64,000 bases of DNA from Nemertoderma westbladi. Taxonomy: Eukaryota; Animalia; Xenacoelomorpha. Positions 62,136-64,000 of this stretch are shown piece after piece. The stretch lies in assembly GCA_032718475.1 (NCBI GenBank), contig JAUCBJ010006077.1, positions 1 to 64,000 of the forward strand. The letters run 5' to 3'. Positions within the stretch are counted from its first letter, which is position 1, and every line of letters starts with the position of its first letter. A program made the position numbers and the translations under genes. The notes beneath the pieces were generated by a model. The model saw only the letters and a list, made by a program, of their open reading frames with translations. It searched no databases and was not told the DNA's origin.

Positions 62136-64000
62136 TCAATGGCTATGTTGTGCAACACCGGTGGGCGTTGTTGGAAGGTTGATCGGAGGTTTTGGTACAA
62201 TTCCGCGATGTTTCATGTAACTAACAACCTGATCGGGAACCTCCTCCAGAACTTCCTTCGCGAGCCAGGCTTCTACGACAGATGCGGATGCACCTATGCG
62301 AACGTGACTATTGAATGGAACAAATTGTACTATGTCTCTTTCGGCTTTACGACCTTGAAAGGAAACTCGTACATCATCACCATCAAGAACCTCCATCGCT
62401 TCAAAATCTGCATTTCCAACTCCAACAATAATTATTGACATGGGAAGAGTCGCAGCTTCAACAATGGCCTTTAACGTTTGCGGCATATCCGATATGATGC
62501 CGTCAGTAATGATGAGCAGTATAAAGTATTCTGTTCCGTCCTGTTTCTCTCGCGCAAATCGAGCCACGTGGTTAATCACGGGGCTGAAGTTAGTGGGCCC
62601 GTAGAGTTGAACGTTGTGTATGGCATAGTTGTACGCATCCATGATGCCTTTAAGGCCTTCTACATATGGGTTGTCTGCACGACCGTTGAGGAAGAACTCA
62701 TGGGAAATCTCTCTAGTCGGGGGAACTCGCGCACCGAAACCGAGGCAAGGGAAGAGTTTGTCAGTGTCGTAATCCTGGATAATGTTACCAACTGCTTCCA
62801 ACGCCATCTGATAATGATTGGGTTTGCTAGGATGAATGTAATGCAGGGAAGATGCCTGTTTAGGATCGCCATTGGAAGCTGTGAAATCGATGGCAACAGT
62901 GAAAGCCAACTGCATTCCTCCGCGAATGAAATCCAAGAACGAATATCCCTTTTCAATGTGAATGTGTTCTACTGACAAGGTTGCTGAGTTTGAGTTCGTT
63001 GGTTTATTTGGGTTTATGAGCTGTAATTTAGAAACAACAGGAGGAGGTCGAGTGTTTTCATTAATTTCAGACAATGTGATAAAACATTCTCCGATTAATT
63101 TGTGGCTTCCAGATCGGTACCAGTTGTAGCATTCCACCTATTCAAAGATTAATAAGATATAGTATATAGTATGTACTATAATATAGACATAATTCTGTAA
63201 TATAAATTGTATAGTGAGTGAAAATTTATACTTTCGATAGATAAAGTTCACCGTTAGTTTTGAGGTACATTATTATCTCCTATGAATTACATTACTAACG
63301 AGAATGATTGATAGCGACAGCGACTGGTCCATCTACAATAGGTTTTGCTTACCTTTATCATCCTGTGGTAATCTCCTTGACATAAAACCCTGACTGGAAG
63401 CTCGAAGACTTTCCAACGTGGGTTTACATTTCCATGAACCACCTCTGTCCTATGGCAGATTGTAAACTCACCATTTTCATTGGAACGATAGAAGCACAAA
63501 AAAGCATCTGATCTAAACAATATATATTTTCGCGGTAATTTATGACCGGCCAACCGAAATGAAACTGTATCATTACACGATGAAACCTCTTCAGCTGATA
63601 CAATAATATGACCTTTCCCTCCATCAATGAGATTTTTAATGAGACGGCTGCCTGGAGATCCAACTATCTCCCCCAAGTTGAAAAAAGCGTATCCCAAAAA
63701 GTCATGTTTCTTTAAATCATGGCTTTCGGAATCAACATCATACACCTCAAATTTTAATTTTTGCAATTCCTCGAAAAAATAGGTGACATTGAATTTCTTA
63801 ACAAAGTTTGGGTTTAGGTTGTCCCAAATGATTTCTGTCCGGCCATGTTCGACCCATTTCGTTGATCCAGGTGGTTGGATGTAGAGAACCACGATGGGAT
63901 CAGATTTAGAGAAAACATCAGCATCAATGAGATTGCGGCAACTAACATTCAACTCAATCTCGGAGGTCGGGGTCACGCTTGATCCCGGAGAGAACGATTG
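62136..64000 (-). CDS. CPNE: Copine (C2A-C2B-VWA), paralog A, 5' end beyond the window; exons >64000-63353 and 63137-62136
   Basis: Frame is open to the window edge (QSFSPGSSVTPTSEIELNVSC). DVFSKSDP, YDVD, HDFLG. AAG|GTAAGC and AATAG|GTG junctions. Full VWA motif set. Confidence 0.95.

Overview
AT-rich, intron-poor eukaryotic (metazoan, probably invertebrate) genomic DNA. All recognisable host genes are on the minus strand: a GH47 class I alpha-1,2-mannosidase (2821-5015), an SLC6 nutrient amino-acid-type transporter that stops after TM8 (13638-16082), and a tandem cluster of four two-exon copines (27085-28976, 30997-33411 [C2-only], 50360-52628, and 62136->64000, which runs off the window end). 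Between them lie non-LTR retrotransposons (an RTEX-like LINE with a nested RTE, plus several RTE copies with (TAG)n tails and clear TSDs), TIR-bearing non-autonomous DNA elements, tRNA-derived SINEs and about ten unrelated minisatellite arrays (14-72 bp units, roughly 21 kb in total). The most unusual signals are these. (1) The only interruption in the mannosidase is bounded by inverted repeats and has no GT donor, so it is either an introner-like element or an inactivating MITE. (2) A 3-kb array is made of the last 8 codons plus stop of one copine. (3) Three unrelated arrays share CTACTAAC (branch-point/STAR-protein motif), and two of them start at copine stop codons in sense orientation. (4) The copines show patchwork gene conversion and differential loss of Ca2+-binding residues. 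Coordinates were read by eye, copy numbers are approximate and no database searches were run.
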